Source of the DNA: the human T2T-CHM13v2.0 reference genome, Homo sapiens
Reading direction: 5' to 3' (one strand)
DNA length: 64,000 nt
NCBI RefSeq assembly: GCF_009914755.1
Contig: NC_060926.1
Both the position numbers and the translations under genes were made by a program. Below, one piece after another: positions 28,701 to 45,513 of the stretch. Under the pieces are notes generated by a model. It was given only the letters and a program-made list of their open reading frames with translations, was not told the origin of the DNA and did no database searches. The first letter of the stretch is position 1; each line of letters opens with the position of its first letter.

Positions 28701-30139
28701 GGCCAAGGAGCAGGTCTCACCCCAGGCGTACTTAATCAGTGTATCAGAGGGTTGGATCTGATACTGTGTCTTTTTAAGATGCTTCCACAGTTATTCTGAT
28801 GATAGCCAGTGTGGAAGCTAGGGTAGTAGGTAGAAAAGGTTCATATACTTGTAGGGAAATATCAGCCTTCCCTGGTTAATGAAGATTGCATATTGGCAGC
28901 CTTCTATTAAGGGATTTTTCAAATATTAATTATTAATAAATGCTCTTTATTAATAAAAAGAAACCTAGTCTGTTTGACGATGAGTTGATGGCAGTCGAAA
29001 TTGGTAGCTTGGGATGTTAATGCTTTGTTAAGGTTCGTGAAGCACTTCATTGGAGAGAGTATGTCTTCATGATTATTTATCCTGAGACCCAGGGAAGGCT
29101 GTTTGGATGGTACCATTTGAAACAGATGCTTTTATTTAAGTTTACTTTGAGAGGCACCACAGTTTTGAAAGAACTGGTGAGGAATGGGTTTAGGGGCTAG
29201 AGACGGATGGCAGTAGTTTAAGGAAGTGACAGCTGATGAAACAATAATCATTGTGTATTGCTAAGTTGATAAATGGTTTGAAGGCAGTCACCATGGCTGC
29301 CTTCTGGGGACCCATTTTAAGCCTCCTGGAGAGAGAATGTGTGCAAAAGATGTAAAGGTTTACTGGCCAGAGGCACACATTTCCAGTGTGGCATGGAGCC
29401 AGCATTCATATGATACCACAGGACAGCTTGTACATACTGAATATGTTCCAGTCAAGTGGAGGAAAGGTAAAAATATCTCCTGTTTAAGGGACTGTGAAGC
29501 CAGTGAAGGCCTCCTGTCTAAGCTCAGTGCTAAAGAAGGACTGGGGTACTGCTCATTGTGTGCATGTCAGTAATCAAAGACACATGTCAGTAATCAAAGG
29601 GTCCTTATTTAGTCTGGAACAGTTGTTCATTTTTCTCCTTTATGTCCTTCAATGGGACTGTTAGCTTTTTTATAAGTTTCACTTGATTACCCACTGAATC
29701 AAATACCTTATTGGTGTTTGAAAAGATCTAGGATGGGGAACATCTCAGATACCTCTTTCAGATCCATTTTAACTTAAATTTACTGAATGAGTTGTAGTAT
29801 ACAAAAATATAGATTCTGTTTTTCCTCTTTTCCTTATTATTTATTTTTTCCTTAAGAAAAATCATTATAATCATCATTGGGTTAGTAAAAATAGATTAAT
29901 CCTCTATGTAGATTTTTCTGCAGATAAATGTAGGAAGCTACTCAATTTTTGTCTCTGGCAGAAAACCCAAACCAAATCTATACTTTTGGTTGAAGTGCTC
30001 TTGAATAGTTATATGGCCTAGTAAGAGCTTATGTGCCTCTTCCTCTGATCTTTCCCCTAAAGAGGTAAAAGGGTGATAATGGTGTTGTGGTGTGTCAGTG
30101 CTCTTTTATTTTCTTATTATTCTTTATTTCCATTTTTTT

Positions 30140-30700
30140 TAAGTGACAGGAACCTGATTCAAACTGGCTTTAACTATAAAGAGAATTAATTGGCTTAGAG
30201 AACTTAACAGTCCAGAATTGAGCATCAGACAAAGCTTGGTCCAGTGGCTGAAATAATGTTATTTAAGGACCTGGTTTCTTCCCATTTCTTTTCTTCTCTG
30301 CTCTTCCTCCCATTGTGTTAACTTTTAGTCCCCATATCCACACAGGTTCACAAGTCTTTTCCCTTGTGAATAAAAAATTGTTACTCCAATTCAGACTTTA
30401 TATTCTCCTTTCATAGGAAGAAAGAAAGCCTTTATTTCTCAGCAGTCCCAGCTGATGTCTTTGTTTATCTCATTGGGTTTGACTGGATATGTGTCCAGTG
30501 GCTGAATCAAACATTGAGCTAAGTGCATAGGCAATGTTGATGGGGTTAGATAGTGAGGACCTATAGAGCTTATAGAGAACTGGAGGTTCCCACTCAAAAC
30601 TTATGCCTGAGAATGGGGAAGGGAAGTCTCCCCCACAAAATTTGGTTTGGTGTTATCAGCAAGAGGGGAATGGATGTTGGACGTGAAACAATGGATGTTT
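30140..30700. mobile_element. Old MLT1 (K/L-like) LTR remnant
   Basis: aagtgacaggaacctgattcaaactggcttt...tctcattgggtttgactgg...aagaggggaatggatgttgg. Confidence 0.55.
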
Positions 30701-33174
30701 ACTAAATGTATGTTTAGACCAAGGATATTATATGGATCTGGGGATAAGAGGTAGAGTTTTTAGGGAGAAGAGTAAAGACATTGAAAGCTCTTTAGTATCC
30801 CGTGTATTGTGCTTTGTGGATATCCTTTCCTTCAGTTGAGTGTCTATTTTGCTTTGCTTTTTCTTTCTTGCTCTTATAGCTGCATGTGGCTGTTATAACC
30901 CGAAGAGCCTGGGGTAGTCTCGTTTTCATTCAGAGTTCTACCTGCCCATTTGCACATAAGTTGTGTTACTAGGACATTGGTGGTTTTAAGACACTGGCCA
31001 GAAAAGCCTATAGCTGGGATTTCGACTAAGAGGAAGAGGGTCTGGCAAATATTGCAGGTCTAAAGTCCAGGGAGCTCAGCTAAGATGTGGAGAAACAGTT
31101 ACATAATATAAATCATTGTAGCCCAGGGGCCTATTCTCACTAGGGAAGTCATCTAGGGCAGAGATCAGAAACTAGGTGTCAGAGCCTGCAGATGTTTCTC
31201 CAGTTGTAAATAACAAATTGGTTGAAACTGTTTGCTCTTCTTGTTCCATACTGCCTATTCCTGTGGGTTTGTTTGTGATTATCATAGTCAGAAGGAAATC
31301 AGAATCTACTGTGGGGTCTGGTGCCGACTGAGACAGGAAAAAAGTTACTATCTTGATCTGGGAGAATGGATAGGAGTTCCCTATGGCTATAAAATATTCA
31401 GTGCCAGCAAAGGGTCACTAAGCTTAAATGATCTTTCATTGTGATTTAAATAATTTGCTCCAAGTTTAAAATCTTTGGACGGAATTGGGATTCTTAACTC
31501 TCTAAGTTTGAAAGATTCCTGAAGACATTTTCTAATGAAAAGTGTAACACTAACAAAGTGTTTGCTTTAACTAAATGATTGCAGTTAATTTCTTGTAAAG
31601 AAACACAGAAGCACACATTAACTTAAAATAAGCTCACACTGTTGTTTCTTGTAGTACAGCCAGGAAAAACAGTAACAAGCTGTCTCCTTCAAAATCACAT
31701 CCCTGGATGATATTCGAGCAACCTGGAAAATTTAAATACTTCCCCAGGAAAAACAATTTGAATTAAGTTAGAAATCATATTTGCTAATTCCCTTTCTGCC
31801 ATTGCCTTTCATTCTCTGGGTCTGAATAGCATTAATTGAGGTGTGTGGCATCAATAGCTAAGGTAAATGGTGACATTCATTTTAGAACCACAGCCAAGCT
31901 GGGGCCACAAAAATAGTTTTAATGTTTAGGATTCATAAGTCAAATTTTAGCCTACATTGACATTTTGTCCTAATAATATTAATACATATATTTTTGAGAA
32001 ACCACTGGTTTAAAACTTGAGCATTTTGGCCCCAAATAGATTTGATTTTGTATTTAAACGATATTACCTTAAAATTGTGAGGATAAAGACAACACCTATG
32101 GAAGAAATAGAGTATATTTAGTTGTTAGTCACTCTAGTACTCTTCACGGTGCTTATGTTCAATAATTTCAGTGTTCTTGGCCTTAGTTCTCTAATGCGTG
32201 TTTTGGAAAATACATTATTTTTATTCTCTGCGTGGTTACAGTTTTAAGAGAAAAATGGCTAATTAAGATTCTTTTCCTTTGGAGGGTATTCTTTTCATTC
32301 CTGTCCCACTTGAGGGACTTTCCAAGATAGAAAGGAATTTGCCTACTTTCTTTCTCTTAATAAATGAGGAAGATTAGATCAAGAGATGTGGTTTAAAATT
32401 TCTTCGCTCTCCACTTCTCTCCCACCTTTGTTTCCTCCCATTTATCCATCCCCGATTCTTAAGAAAGAAACACAAGTTGGAATTAAGCTGGGTGATCCTA
32501 GAGACTCATTTGAAGTGGAAATTCAAGATGGAGTGGGGCTGCATACTGGTTACCTTCTTTTAAGAGGAACTGAAAGGTAATCTATATAGCAATTTCTGAT
32601 GGGCAAGAAGGGACATCACAGGCTTTTGAATTTTATAAATGGAGCCATAATTATAATTAGCTATCATTTTGGGATACTTTTGCATGTTTTAGGTTTAAAG
32701 CTTACTTGCCTATGGAGGAAACTAGACATGTGAAGTATGCCACCTCCAAAGATTCTGACACCCTGGCACAAAATTGAGATGATAAATTCTGATAAGATTC
32801 CACCAGTAGGTCATCTCTTGGTAGATATTTGAACATGCCCTAGAATTCCTCTGTTAGTTGGAAGTTTGGCTTACCTAGCAACTGGGTGAGGCTGCCTACT
32901 GAATGGCATTTTGAAAAGTTCAGACTTAAAATTTCCTATTTTGTTTTTTCTCCATTATGAGTCTTACCAGTCCTATCACAAACTTTTATGGGAAAGTGGT
33001 TTTTCAGCTACAAAGGTATTTGTGCATTTTGCCCAAGACATATGTCCTCCTCAAGAATATATAACTGTCATATTCTGTATTGACATGAGAATCAGGATCA
33101 TATTACCACAAGTAGCTAGAAGATTTCATTGGTTGTAAGCCAGGGAATGGTCTGATTGATTTTGTCCAGCAAGT

Positions 33175-33197
33175 AAAAAAAAAAAAAAAAAAAAAAG

Positions 33198-33241
<44 letters not shown>

Positions 33242-33250
33242 TGTGTGTGT
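33175..33250. repeat. Poly(A), then (CA)n directly followed by (GT)6
   Basis: Read directly. Confidence 0.95.
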
Positions 33251-34106
33251 ACACGTGGCTCACAGTGAAGTTGGTTGTTGGTTGAGAGGCAGGTCAGAAC
33301 CTTGGAGAGCTCAAGATAAAGGAGGGGCAGAACCACAATCAGAAGCTTCCATGGCTTCCATGGCTGCTCCCAAAAACTCCCCAAAACAGTTGAGTTTTTC
33401 TGGAGCAACTGCCAGCTCCACTCTGCTTATCGTTAAGATATGTAGGATTTAAGAAGATAAATCCCTTTTACTCCAAGCATGAGCTGCATATTTGTTGACT
33501 AATTTGATAATTTGTGGCTAAAGTCTTAAAAACAAAAACTGAAAGGAAAAAAACAAAGGGACATACTTTTCTTCACGTTTTTGTGAAGATCCTATGCCAT
33601 TCCTCCATGGCCATGTTATGATTACTGATTCCACTTAGCAGGGCTTCTGGTATTGAGATGAGGGTCACATACAGGATGGGGGGAGGTAACATTAAGATTT
33701 CACTGAACTATTCACTGTGTATTAGACTAGATCAATTTTTCCAAAAAAAGATTCTTTTCAAATAACAACATATTTGATAAAACTCCAACCAAGCCAAACT
33801 AAAACAAACAAAAACCAGAACAACAGAGGTGTTCTGGTTAAAACAGGCTTTAGAAAGCCTGAAGTGCCTTCTGTTCAGACTAATTCTGGCTCCACCAGAA
33901 GCCCCCAAACACAAGTCGCAAATCACCATGTTTTACCGGCATACATTCAGTTTACTTGACAGACACAGTTCCTAAGTAAATGTGAGGACTTAACCTAACT
34001 GTGTTTCTAGGAATACTTTTACTAGCCCAAATTAATCCCAGAAGTGGCCATTTATTGGTGTCTACTTAGCTATTCATTTGGATGGCAGATATTTGCATTT
34101 CTTTCT

Positions 34107-36077
<1,971 letters not shown>

Positions 36078-37014
36078 CTAATTAACTTCTGTACATCCCA
36101 GAATCCACTGTGTTTTAGACTGCAATGAACAGCTTCAAACATCATAGCAACAATCTCATCAGACTCTATAGGCTCTGCTTACAAGGGGGAAGAGAATTAT
36201 TAGAATATTTGAAAACAAAGCCATGGAGGATCACAGAACTACCCTGTTTAATTTTTTTGCCTTACCAATATTTATTTCTATCAGTGTGCTACAATTTGTA
36301 GTGGTGAAGGGTACTACTGTGATATTCTTTCTTGTCTCCACTTCATTTTGTTCGTAATAGTTGAAATTTATCAAGAACAAAATCCCAAAATATAATCTGC
36401 AAGTTAAAACCATAAGGGATGTGATTGGCAGTGCTGTGTTACCTTTTTTTGTTAGCCACATGACTATAAATATTTGAAGGGTATTTACATGGAAGAAGGA
36501 GTAGACTTGCTCTGAATAGTCCCAAAGTTAGTTTTTCTTAATCCAGCTTCTCTTTCTCCCATCCTCAAATTCATGTTATGTCCACTTGACTTTACAAAAT
36601 TTGGAAATTGTTATATTTGAAGAAATTAGGAAAATATGTTTAAAATGATTTCATTTCAATTGTTTTAGATGATATATTAGAGGAATTATACATACTTAAC
36701 AAAATGTACGGTGTAAACACTTATTGCTGATAATACTTGGTCCTCTTACAAATAGGTCAATAGCAAATTTATTTTTGTTGTTATCCTTGGTATTCTGCAG
36801 ATGGAGTGACATTTTAAAAAATCATGCTTGTTCAGTTCCAGTTTTGTTAGAAATGTAAAATGTTGGTGATTTCCTAAGACTTCCCATTTATTTTATTTTT
36901 TTCTGCATATTCTGTATAATTTATTCATGATTATAGACATTAGAAGTTTAAAATTAGAAATTACCTAATGCACTATTACTAAGTTGTAGAAAGATTTTTA
37001 CTTTTTTCCTTTTC

Positions 37015-37490
37015 AACAGCTTTATTGAGATCTAATTGATATGTAACTCATCCATTTGAAGTATAAAATTCAGTTGTTTCAGTATATCCACAGAGTCGTG
37101 CAGTCATCAATTACCATAGTGAATTTAGATCATTCTAATCATTCCCAAAAAGAAACTGTGTACGCATTAGCAGTCCTCATTTTCCCCCAAGTCTCCAGCC
37201 CTAGGCAACCACTAATTTACAGTCTGTCCCTATAGATTTGGCTTTTGTAGACATTTTGTATAAATGGATTCATACAATGTGTGGCCTTTAGGTCTGGCTT
37301 CTTGCACAGCTTAATGTTTCAAGGTTGATCCCTGTCATAGCATGAATCAGTATTTTTATTGTGGAATGATATTCCATTGTATGTGTGTACACATTGTATT
37401 TATTCATCATTGGTTGATGGACATTTGGGTTGTTTGTACTTTTTAGCTATTAGGAATATGCTACTATGAACATTTGTGTACAGGTTTTTA
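37015..37490 (-). mobile_element. L1MB-like 3' end
   Basis: aacagctttattgagat...ccctaggcaaccactaattt. Confidence 0.8.
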
Positions 37491-37494
37491 AAAA

Positions 37495-39465
37495 TTTTTT
37501 AATTTTTGTATTTCAGTAGGTTTTGGGAAACAGGTGGTGTTTGGTTATATGAATAAATTCTTTAGTGGCAATTTCTGAGATTGGTACATCCATCACACAC
37601 GCAGTGTACACTGTGCCCAACGTGTAGTCTTTTATTTCTTGCTATCCTCACCCTTTCCTGAGTCCCCAAAGTCCAATGCGTCATTCTTATACCTTTGTGT
37701 CCTCATTCTTATACATTTGTGTCCTCGTAGCTTAGCTCCCACGTGTGAGTGAGAACATACGATGTTTGTTTTTTTATTCCTGAGTTACTTCACTTAGAAT
37801 AATAGTCTCCAATTCCATCCAGGTTGTTGCGAATGCCATTATTTCATTACTTTTTATGGCTGAGTAGTATTCCATGATATATATCACATTTTCTTTATCC
37901 ACTCGTTGATTGATGAATATTTGGGCTGGTTCCCCATTTTTGCAATTGCAAATTGTGCTGCTGTAAGCATGCATGTGTAAGTATCTTTTTCATATAATGA
38001 CTTCTTTTCCTCTGGGTGGATACCTAGTAGTGGGATTGCTGGATCAAAAGGTAGATCTACTTTCAGTTCTTTAAGGAATCTCCACACTGTTTTGCATAGT
38101 GGTTGTACTAGTTTACATTCCCTTTTTTTACTTTTATAATGTAAAAGTGTTCCCTTTTCACCACATCCACGCCATCTGTTATTTTTTGATTTTGGTCATT
38201 CTTGCAGAACTGAAGTGGTATTGTGTTACGGTTTTGATTTGCATTTCTCTGATAATTAGTGATGTTAGCATTTTTCCAAATGCTTGTTGGCCATTTGTAT
38301 ATCTTCTTTTGAGAATTGTCTATTCATGTCCTTAGTCCACTTTTTAAAACATTTTACTTTAAGTTCTGGGATACATGTGCAGGACGTGCAGGTTTGTTAT
38401 ATAGGTATATATGAACCAGGGTGGTTTGCTGCATCTGTCAACCCATCATCTAGGTTTTAAGCCCCACATGCATTACATATTTGTCCTAATGCTCTCCCTC
38501 CCCTTACCCCCCAACCCTTGACAGGCCCCAGTGTGTGAAGTTCCCCTCCCTGTGTCCATATGTTCTCATTGTTCAACTCCCACTTATGAGTGAGAGCATG
38601 CAGTGTTTGATTTTCTGTTCCTCTGTTAGCTTTCTGAGAATGATAGCTTCCAGATTCACCCATGTCCCTGAAAAGGACATGAACTCATCCTGTTTTATGG
38701 CTGCATAGTATTCCATGGTATATATATGCCACATTTTCTTTATCCAGTCTATCATTGATGGGCATTTGGATTGGTTCCAAGTCTTTGCTGTTGTAAATAG
38801 TGCTGCAATAAACATAGGTGTGCACGTGTCTCACTTCTTAATGAGATTTTTTTTTTTCTTGCTGATATGTTTGAGTTCTTTGTAGATTCTGGATATTAGT
38901 TGTTTGTCAGATGTATAGATTGTGAAGATTTTCTCCCACTCTGTGGATTGTCTGTTTACTCTGCTGATAGTTTCTTTTGCTGTGCAGAAGCTTTTTAGTT
39001 TAATTAAGTCCCATCTATTTATCTTTGTTTTTGTTGCATTTGCTTTTGGATTCTTGGTCATGAAGTCTTTGCCTAAGCCAATGTCTAGAAGGGTTTTTCC
39101 TATGTTATCTTATAGAATCTTTATGGTTTCAGGTCTTATATTTAAGTCTTTCATCCACCTTGAGTTGATTTTCATATAAGGTAAGAGCTGAGGATCCAGT
39201 TTCATTCTTCTACAGGTGGCTTGCCAGTTATTTCAGCACCATTTGTTGAATAGGGTGTCCTTTCCCCACTTTATGTTTTTGTTGGCCATGTTGAAGATCA
39301 AATGGCTGTAAGTATTTGGCTTTATTTCTGAGTTCTCTATTCTGTTCCATTAGCCTATGTGCCTATTTTTATACCAGTAACGTGCTGTTTTGGTGACTAT
39401 GGCCTTATAGTATAGTTTGAAGTCGGGTAATGTGATGCCTCCAGATTTGTTCTTTTTGCTTAGTA
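37495..39465 (-). mobile_element. L1PB-like 3' end and ORF2, split by a nested L1PA
   Basis: ORF2 peptides [56 protein letters not shown]. Confidence 0.9.
38350..38830 (-). mobile_element. L1PA 3' end nested in the L1PB
   Basis: ttttactttaagttctgggatacatgtgcagg..., peptide MFIAALFTTAKTWNQ; flanked by ccacttttta / tcacttctta. Confidence 0.88.
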
Positions 39466-40457
39466 AGACTTTGCATTTAGATGAATGCAACACAAAAGAG
39501 TTTTGGCTAAGGAAAGCACAATAAACTGCTTCAACTGTGACCACTACACTTTAGCATGTTGCATTAGCTTTCTGGAAATGTTCTGCAAGGCTCAGAATTT
39601 AAGAAATAGTAAATTCAAAGTTACTTGAAGCATACGTGTTTAGGGCCAAATGATGCAAGATTTGTTTTCCAGACGGTTATGGCACTGGCTAACTTTTTTA
39701 GTTGTGTAGAAGAGACAATTGGAGTCTGACGTCATAAAATGTATAAATGACAAATGGAATTTCTTAAACTTTGAGATTGAAAAACAGAAATGAAATATGT
39801 GAAGTGTGAAATAAAAGATGTGAAGTATGCTATTATGTTTTCTTAAAAGTTATATTTCCATTATGAAAGTATGTGCATGTCTTATATATGCATACATACA
39901 TATGCATGTATATACACTCAGAAAATTTGGAAAATACAGAAAAACAGGAAGAAGCAAAAAACTTTTTTAAATAGCTCCCAACTATGGATATCAGTTATCA
40001 ACATTTCTCCCAATAAATTTTCCATGTTAAGATGGTTTTTGCTGTGGAAGGTTGGGAGGGGATGGGGATAGCCAAGTTGTAATCATAATGTATATATAGA
40101 TTTATATCTCTCCTCATTTAGTGTTTTAACAAAAGTATTTTCTGTGTTATTGCAATTGTTTCTGTGCTATTGTAATTGTTTATAAATTATATATATAATT
40201 GTATAAACATACTGTAATAGTATAGAAACATAGTTGCAGATTATTTATTTGAATTACTTTAACAGTTTTTAAAACAGTTCTTATTATCAGGTATTTAGAT
40301 TGTTTGCAGTTTCATGATATTACAAATGACTCTATGTGTATTTCTGTCTATAAAGTCCCCCCCGTTATTTTTAGTTATTTGCAGATTAGCTAGATTCCCA
40401 GAAATAAGATTTCTAGAGGCATTGAGAATAAACATTTCTAAGACTCTCTGTCTCTCT

Positions 40458-40458
<1 letters not shown>

Positions 40459-40501
<43 letters not shown>
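40459..40501. repeat. (CA)n microsatellite
   Basis: Read directly. Confidence 0.97.
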
Positions 40502-40508
<7 letters not shown>

Positions 40509-43354
40509 TGTATGAGTTTACAATTCCTTGTGTAAAAGGTCCATGAAATTATATCTTCACCAACATTAGCTGTTTGCTGAAAAAAAGAACTTGACTAATT
40601 TAAGATATAAACATTGTTTCTCATAATTTTTGCCCAACTTTCTTCTCTTGTGGGAAATGCTGGGTGAGGGACAGGCCAAATCAGAGGGTTCCATGGGAGC
40701 CAGAAACAATTTGTGGAGCTGAAGCACTATCAGGATAATAAGTTGAAAGTAAGACACTGATCTGAGGGAAGCATGCACCATGGAAGCAGTGTTTGGAGCT
40801 TCAAAGAGTGGGAGAGGCAGCATAGAGTGGCAGAGCCATGGGTCATGTGGAGGAACTTAGGAAGGGTCAGACATTGGTGTCGTGTGCAGGCCCTGTGTGG
40901 GGGAAAGTATCTTCTCTAGGGAGAAGATCTCATAATATAGGCTGGAGGGAGACTTAATATTGTTCTTTACATTCTTTTATGCCATTTAAAAAATATTCGT
41001 TTTACCGTGTGCATATATTACTTTTTCAATGAAAAATTAGTTTATTAAAAAGGAGAAATTAGGAAAATTATACTTCCTTAACACTAATGGGCTTGCATAC
41101 TTTTCATATATTGTCAGTCTCTTTTAATTTCCTTTTATTTTATCGATATGCTAGAGAGTTGGGCAAAATTTTGTAGTAAGAAGTTTTTGATAATTTTCTT
41201 GTTATATTTCTAATGTATTCCTGTACCTTATCCTTTTATTAGTTGAACATTTTTATCATAAGATTAATTTCATTAAATAATTTTTTTCCCCCCGGAAGAT
41301 TTTTTTCCCTCCCTTTTTAAGCAGAGATGGTTCTAAGTCTCATTTCTTCATTTGCTTAGTTTCCTCCTTTATCTCCCCACAGACATGGACAGACTACATT
41401 GTTTCTCAGTGTTTTCCGTTTATAGGTATCCTCGCGCATGTCTAAATTTGTGGCACTGTGGCCAAAAAACTATGGGTTTTGATAAGTGGAACCGGAATTG
41501 AGGGTGAGCTAGGCCTTGAAACTACTATTCCTCACTGTCTTTCTGAAGAAGGAAGCTCTGATAAGGAGGAGCTCTGAGGATTGGTTGGGCTTGTTCAAGT
41601 CTGCGGAGCTATTGATATGGGAGCACATAGGTACGTGATGGAGTGTATTTACGAGAGAGAAATGTGGGAAGGTGAGGGGTCACATGAACTTGGAGCACTG
41701 GTCCTGTCAGGCAGCCTAGACAGGGGAGCCAAAGTAAACAATTCAAAATTACCACTATTCATGAGTTCGCTCATGACCACAAAGAGGCAAGTGCCAGTTC
41801 GTTGGTTCAAAACTGATATTTTAGTTAACTGATTGGAGGAAGAGTAGGCAGATTTACATTCTACACAGTCTCAATTATTGTTTACACGTGAATGTGAGCA
41901 GTTATTTAATCTCTCTAGTTAACTAGTCTTTAAAAAGAATTGGCGTGATACCTTCCCTGAACTGTTTCATAGGTGTTTTTGTGAGAATGAATGAAGTTTC
42001 TATTATAAAATAGTAGTGAATTTTCTTTTGCTTTTGTTTATTTTCTTTGACTGTGTTTTATCACTTTCTCTGAATGCGTTTTTCATTCCTCATTTTTGGA
42101 ATCCTTTTTTGTATGCTCTTTTCTCTGTTAATATGTGATGTGCCCTGTGCCTACTCTTTGTGACCATCTTCATTTCAGATTTCTTCCTTCAAGCATTACC
42201 AAAAAGATGTAGAAGAAGAACTTTGTGAATAGAGAGAGAAACACTTATTTTTCTCTTTTTCATAGATGCCTGCTAACTTATGCCTCCTCCTCCTCTTTCC
42301 CTGAAGGAGCTTTGGGCATTTTTCTGTATCTCCTACTCAAGAGAATGGAAAGCTCCAATGCCTTGTATTGCCAGACCTGTTTTTAAAATATGCCCTATTC
42401 TTAGGGAGTAACTAAAACTTTATATATCTTCTGTTTTCTCCCCTTCTAGGCAAAGTGGTTCAAACCACAAATTACCTAACAAGTAAAAGTGGTCGTGTAG
42501 CAATACTAGAGGAATTTTTATCTTGTTTAGTATAGCTAAACCATCCTTGATTGGGAGTGTTTTCCAGTGAGTTTGCCTTGAATGGCTAAGGAGATCAATA
42601 AAGAAATTATATTTTAATGGAAGGAGACTGGTTGGTATGTCTTTAACCATTTGTTTGAATCACTTGAAATGAATTCAAGTTGGTAAGGTATGTTGCCAAC
42701 TTATATGTTTTTATAATTTTTAAAAATTGTTTGGATATAGGCCTGTAACTTGCCAAATAACTAAGGAGAAATGACAGAATTTAAAAAATATAAATCAAGA
42801 CAACTAACTTTTCTTTTTGCTCTAGTAGGGAATGAGGACTGGTAAGGAATACTTGACCAAGAAATGAAATATTGTATTTTATTCTTGCTTATAAATGTTT
42901 AGCAATGCTCTCTGAAGGAAATGCATAGCAAGCTATGTTAGGATCATTTTAAGTTCTATACGGTGCTGTTATATCCTACTGATACTTTGAATTTAGTCTT
43001 GAACAGCTCAGAAGGAGTTTCTGGCTATTGAGGTCAACAGATTTGCCAGGGAAAACTTTGTACTTTACTTATCAAATCACTTTCATATCAAGATACCCCT
43101 CTTATTCACTGTATGATGCTGAAGCTCTTACCTTTTCCTCTGTTCATCATCTTTATCTGAACATCCTAAGACCCGTTTTTCCTATAAATGAAAGAACACT
43201 TATGAATTTCCCCATTGTCATTTAGTTCCTATAAATCAACTCACTCAGTAGAGCAAAGTAATTCCTTTAAAAAATGCATTCCTTTACTTTTTCTTTGTTT
43301 TCTTTTGGTAGAAGCTATGCTTGGTTTGTCCTTAAGGCAATATAAAGTAGTGTT

Positions 43355-44195
<841 letters not shown>

Positions 44196-44735
44196 CCATG
44201 TCTCTATTTTATGCCTATCTTTTTCAGGCCTAACCGTCACCATTGTGCTTATATTTCTGTGAGGCTCTAGTGTTTACAGAGCGTTTATTTATATCTGGTA
44301 TTACAGATACAGATGGTCTGTGGATCTGAGTTGAATTACTTTAGCATATAATGCTGAATTTAGGTAGAGATCAAAAAAATTAAAATTATAAAAGAATAAG
44401 AAACAAATTAAGTCTTCCAGGGCTAAAATTATGGTCTTCTAGGATATTTAGGTTTCTTGTTTTGTTACTACCCGGCTTTACACTTCACTTTTTCTGCCTA
44501 TTCATGATGGAATTCCTTCTCAATTTTTCTGCAAGGATTTTTTTAGAAGGCAGGAGAAATTGCCAATATCAAAAGATTTCTCTAACTTCATCTCTGGGTA
44601 TATGGCTAAGGAGGAGTAGTCTGTTCCTCTTAGATTTCTATTACTCTTTTCCTCTACATTGATGTGTGAATGTGATACTGGATTTGTATGAAATTTCAGT
44701 TTTAACTGGTCTTTTATTTGTTACGACTTCTACAG

Positions 44736-44930
44736 AATCTTGCCTCCTGGAATCCTTCAAATCCTGAATGTCTCTTACTTGTGGTGAAGGAACTTGTGCA
44801 ACAATATCACCAATTCCAATGTAGCCGCCTCCGGGAGAGCTCCCGCCTCATGTTTGAATACCAGACATTACTGGAGGAGCCACAGTATGGAGAGAACATG
44901 GAAATTTATGCTGGGAAAAAAAACAACTGG
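44736..44930 (+). CDS. BABAM2: BABAM2 internal coding exon, 195 nt (probably exon 5), phase 0 to 0
   Basis: Acceptor ttctacag ending at 44735; donor TGG|gtaagg at 44931. Translates [65 protein letters not shown], continuing directly from ...PSALQ in BRE. Confidence 0.97.
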
Positions 44931-45513
44931 GTAAGGATTTTTGAGAATGGAAAAAAAGATGACTTCATCCATAATAAAATAATCAATTCATATGTCCATT
45001 TGTAAATCCTAGTCATTTCTTTAGATAAACATGGTCCAGGTAGCCTATATGTTTCTCATAATTTAGAGTTTAAAGAGACCTTAATGTTTGTCTAGTTCAT
45101 TGTGTTTCTCAAAGATATTACCTGGGAAGTTTGTAAGATTCAGAGTCTCATCCCCAGCCCCAGATATTCAGCAGTCAGAGGTGGAGCCTGAGGGCCTGCA
45201 CGTGCTACCAGCCTCCATGTTGTTATGATGTATGTGGCTTGCAGGCCACATTTTGAGACACTAACAAGTTTCCCCCTCCTTTGAGTGGAAGACTTCTCCA
45301 ATATCCCAGTCAGGTAAGAGAGGTCAGTAACTCTGGAAGCAGCTAGCTTACATGGTGCCTTTTATATTTTCTTTTTGCAACTTATAATTATATGATCCTT
45401 TAAAAAATCAAGTCAGACCTTATCACTTCTCTTCCCAGAACCTTATGTACTTCTCTTTTTTTCTCTCATGGTAAAAGCCAAAGTCCTTCCAGTGGTATAA
45501 AAAACTCTATATG

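Noticed and set aside
37774-39544. Reverse-transcriptase/ORF2-like peptides, also at 1256, 2942, 4785, 45795, 58075
   Set aside because: Broken fragments of dead, 5'-truncated L1s; no intact ORF2.
41759-41776. tcatgag-TTCG-ctcatga hairpin with a UUCG loop
   Set aside because: A 7-bp stem is expected by chance in 64 kb, and no larger RNA structure is visible.
44718-45005. 95-aa ORF as a standalone gene
   Set aside because: It is the 195-nt BABAM2 exon plus intronic flanks; canonical splice sites bound the BRE-matching part.
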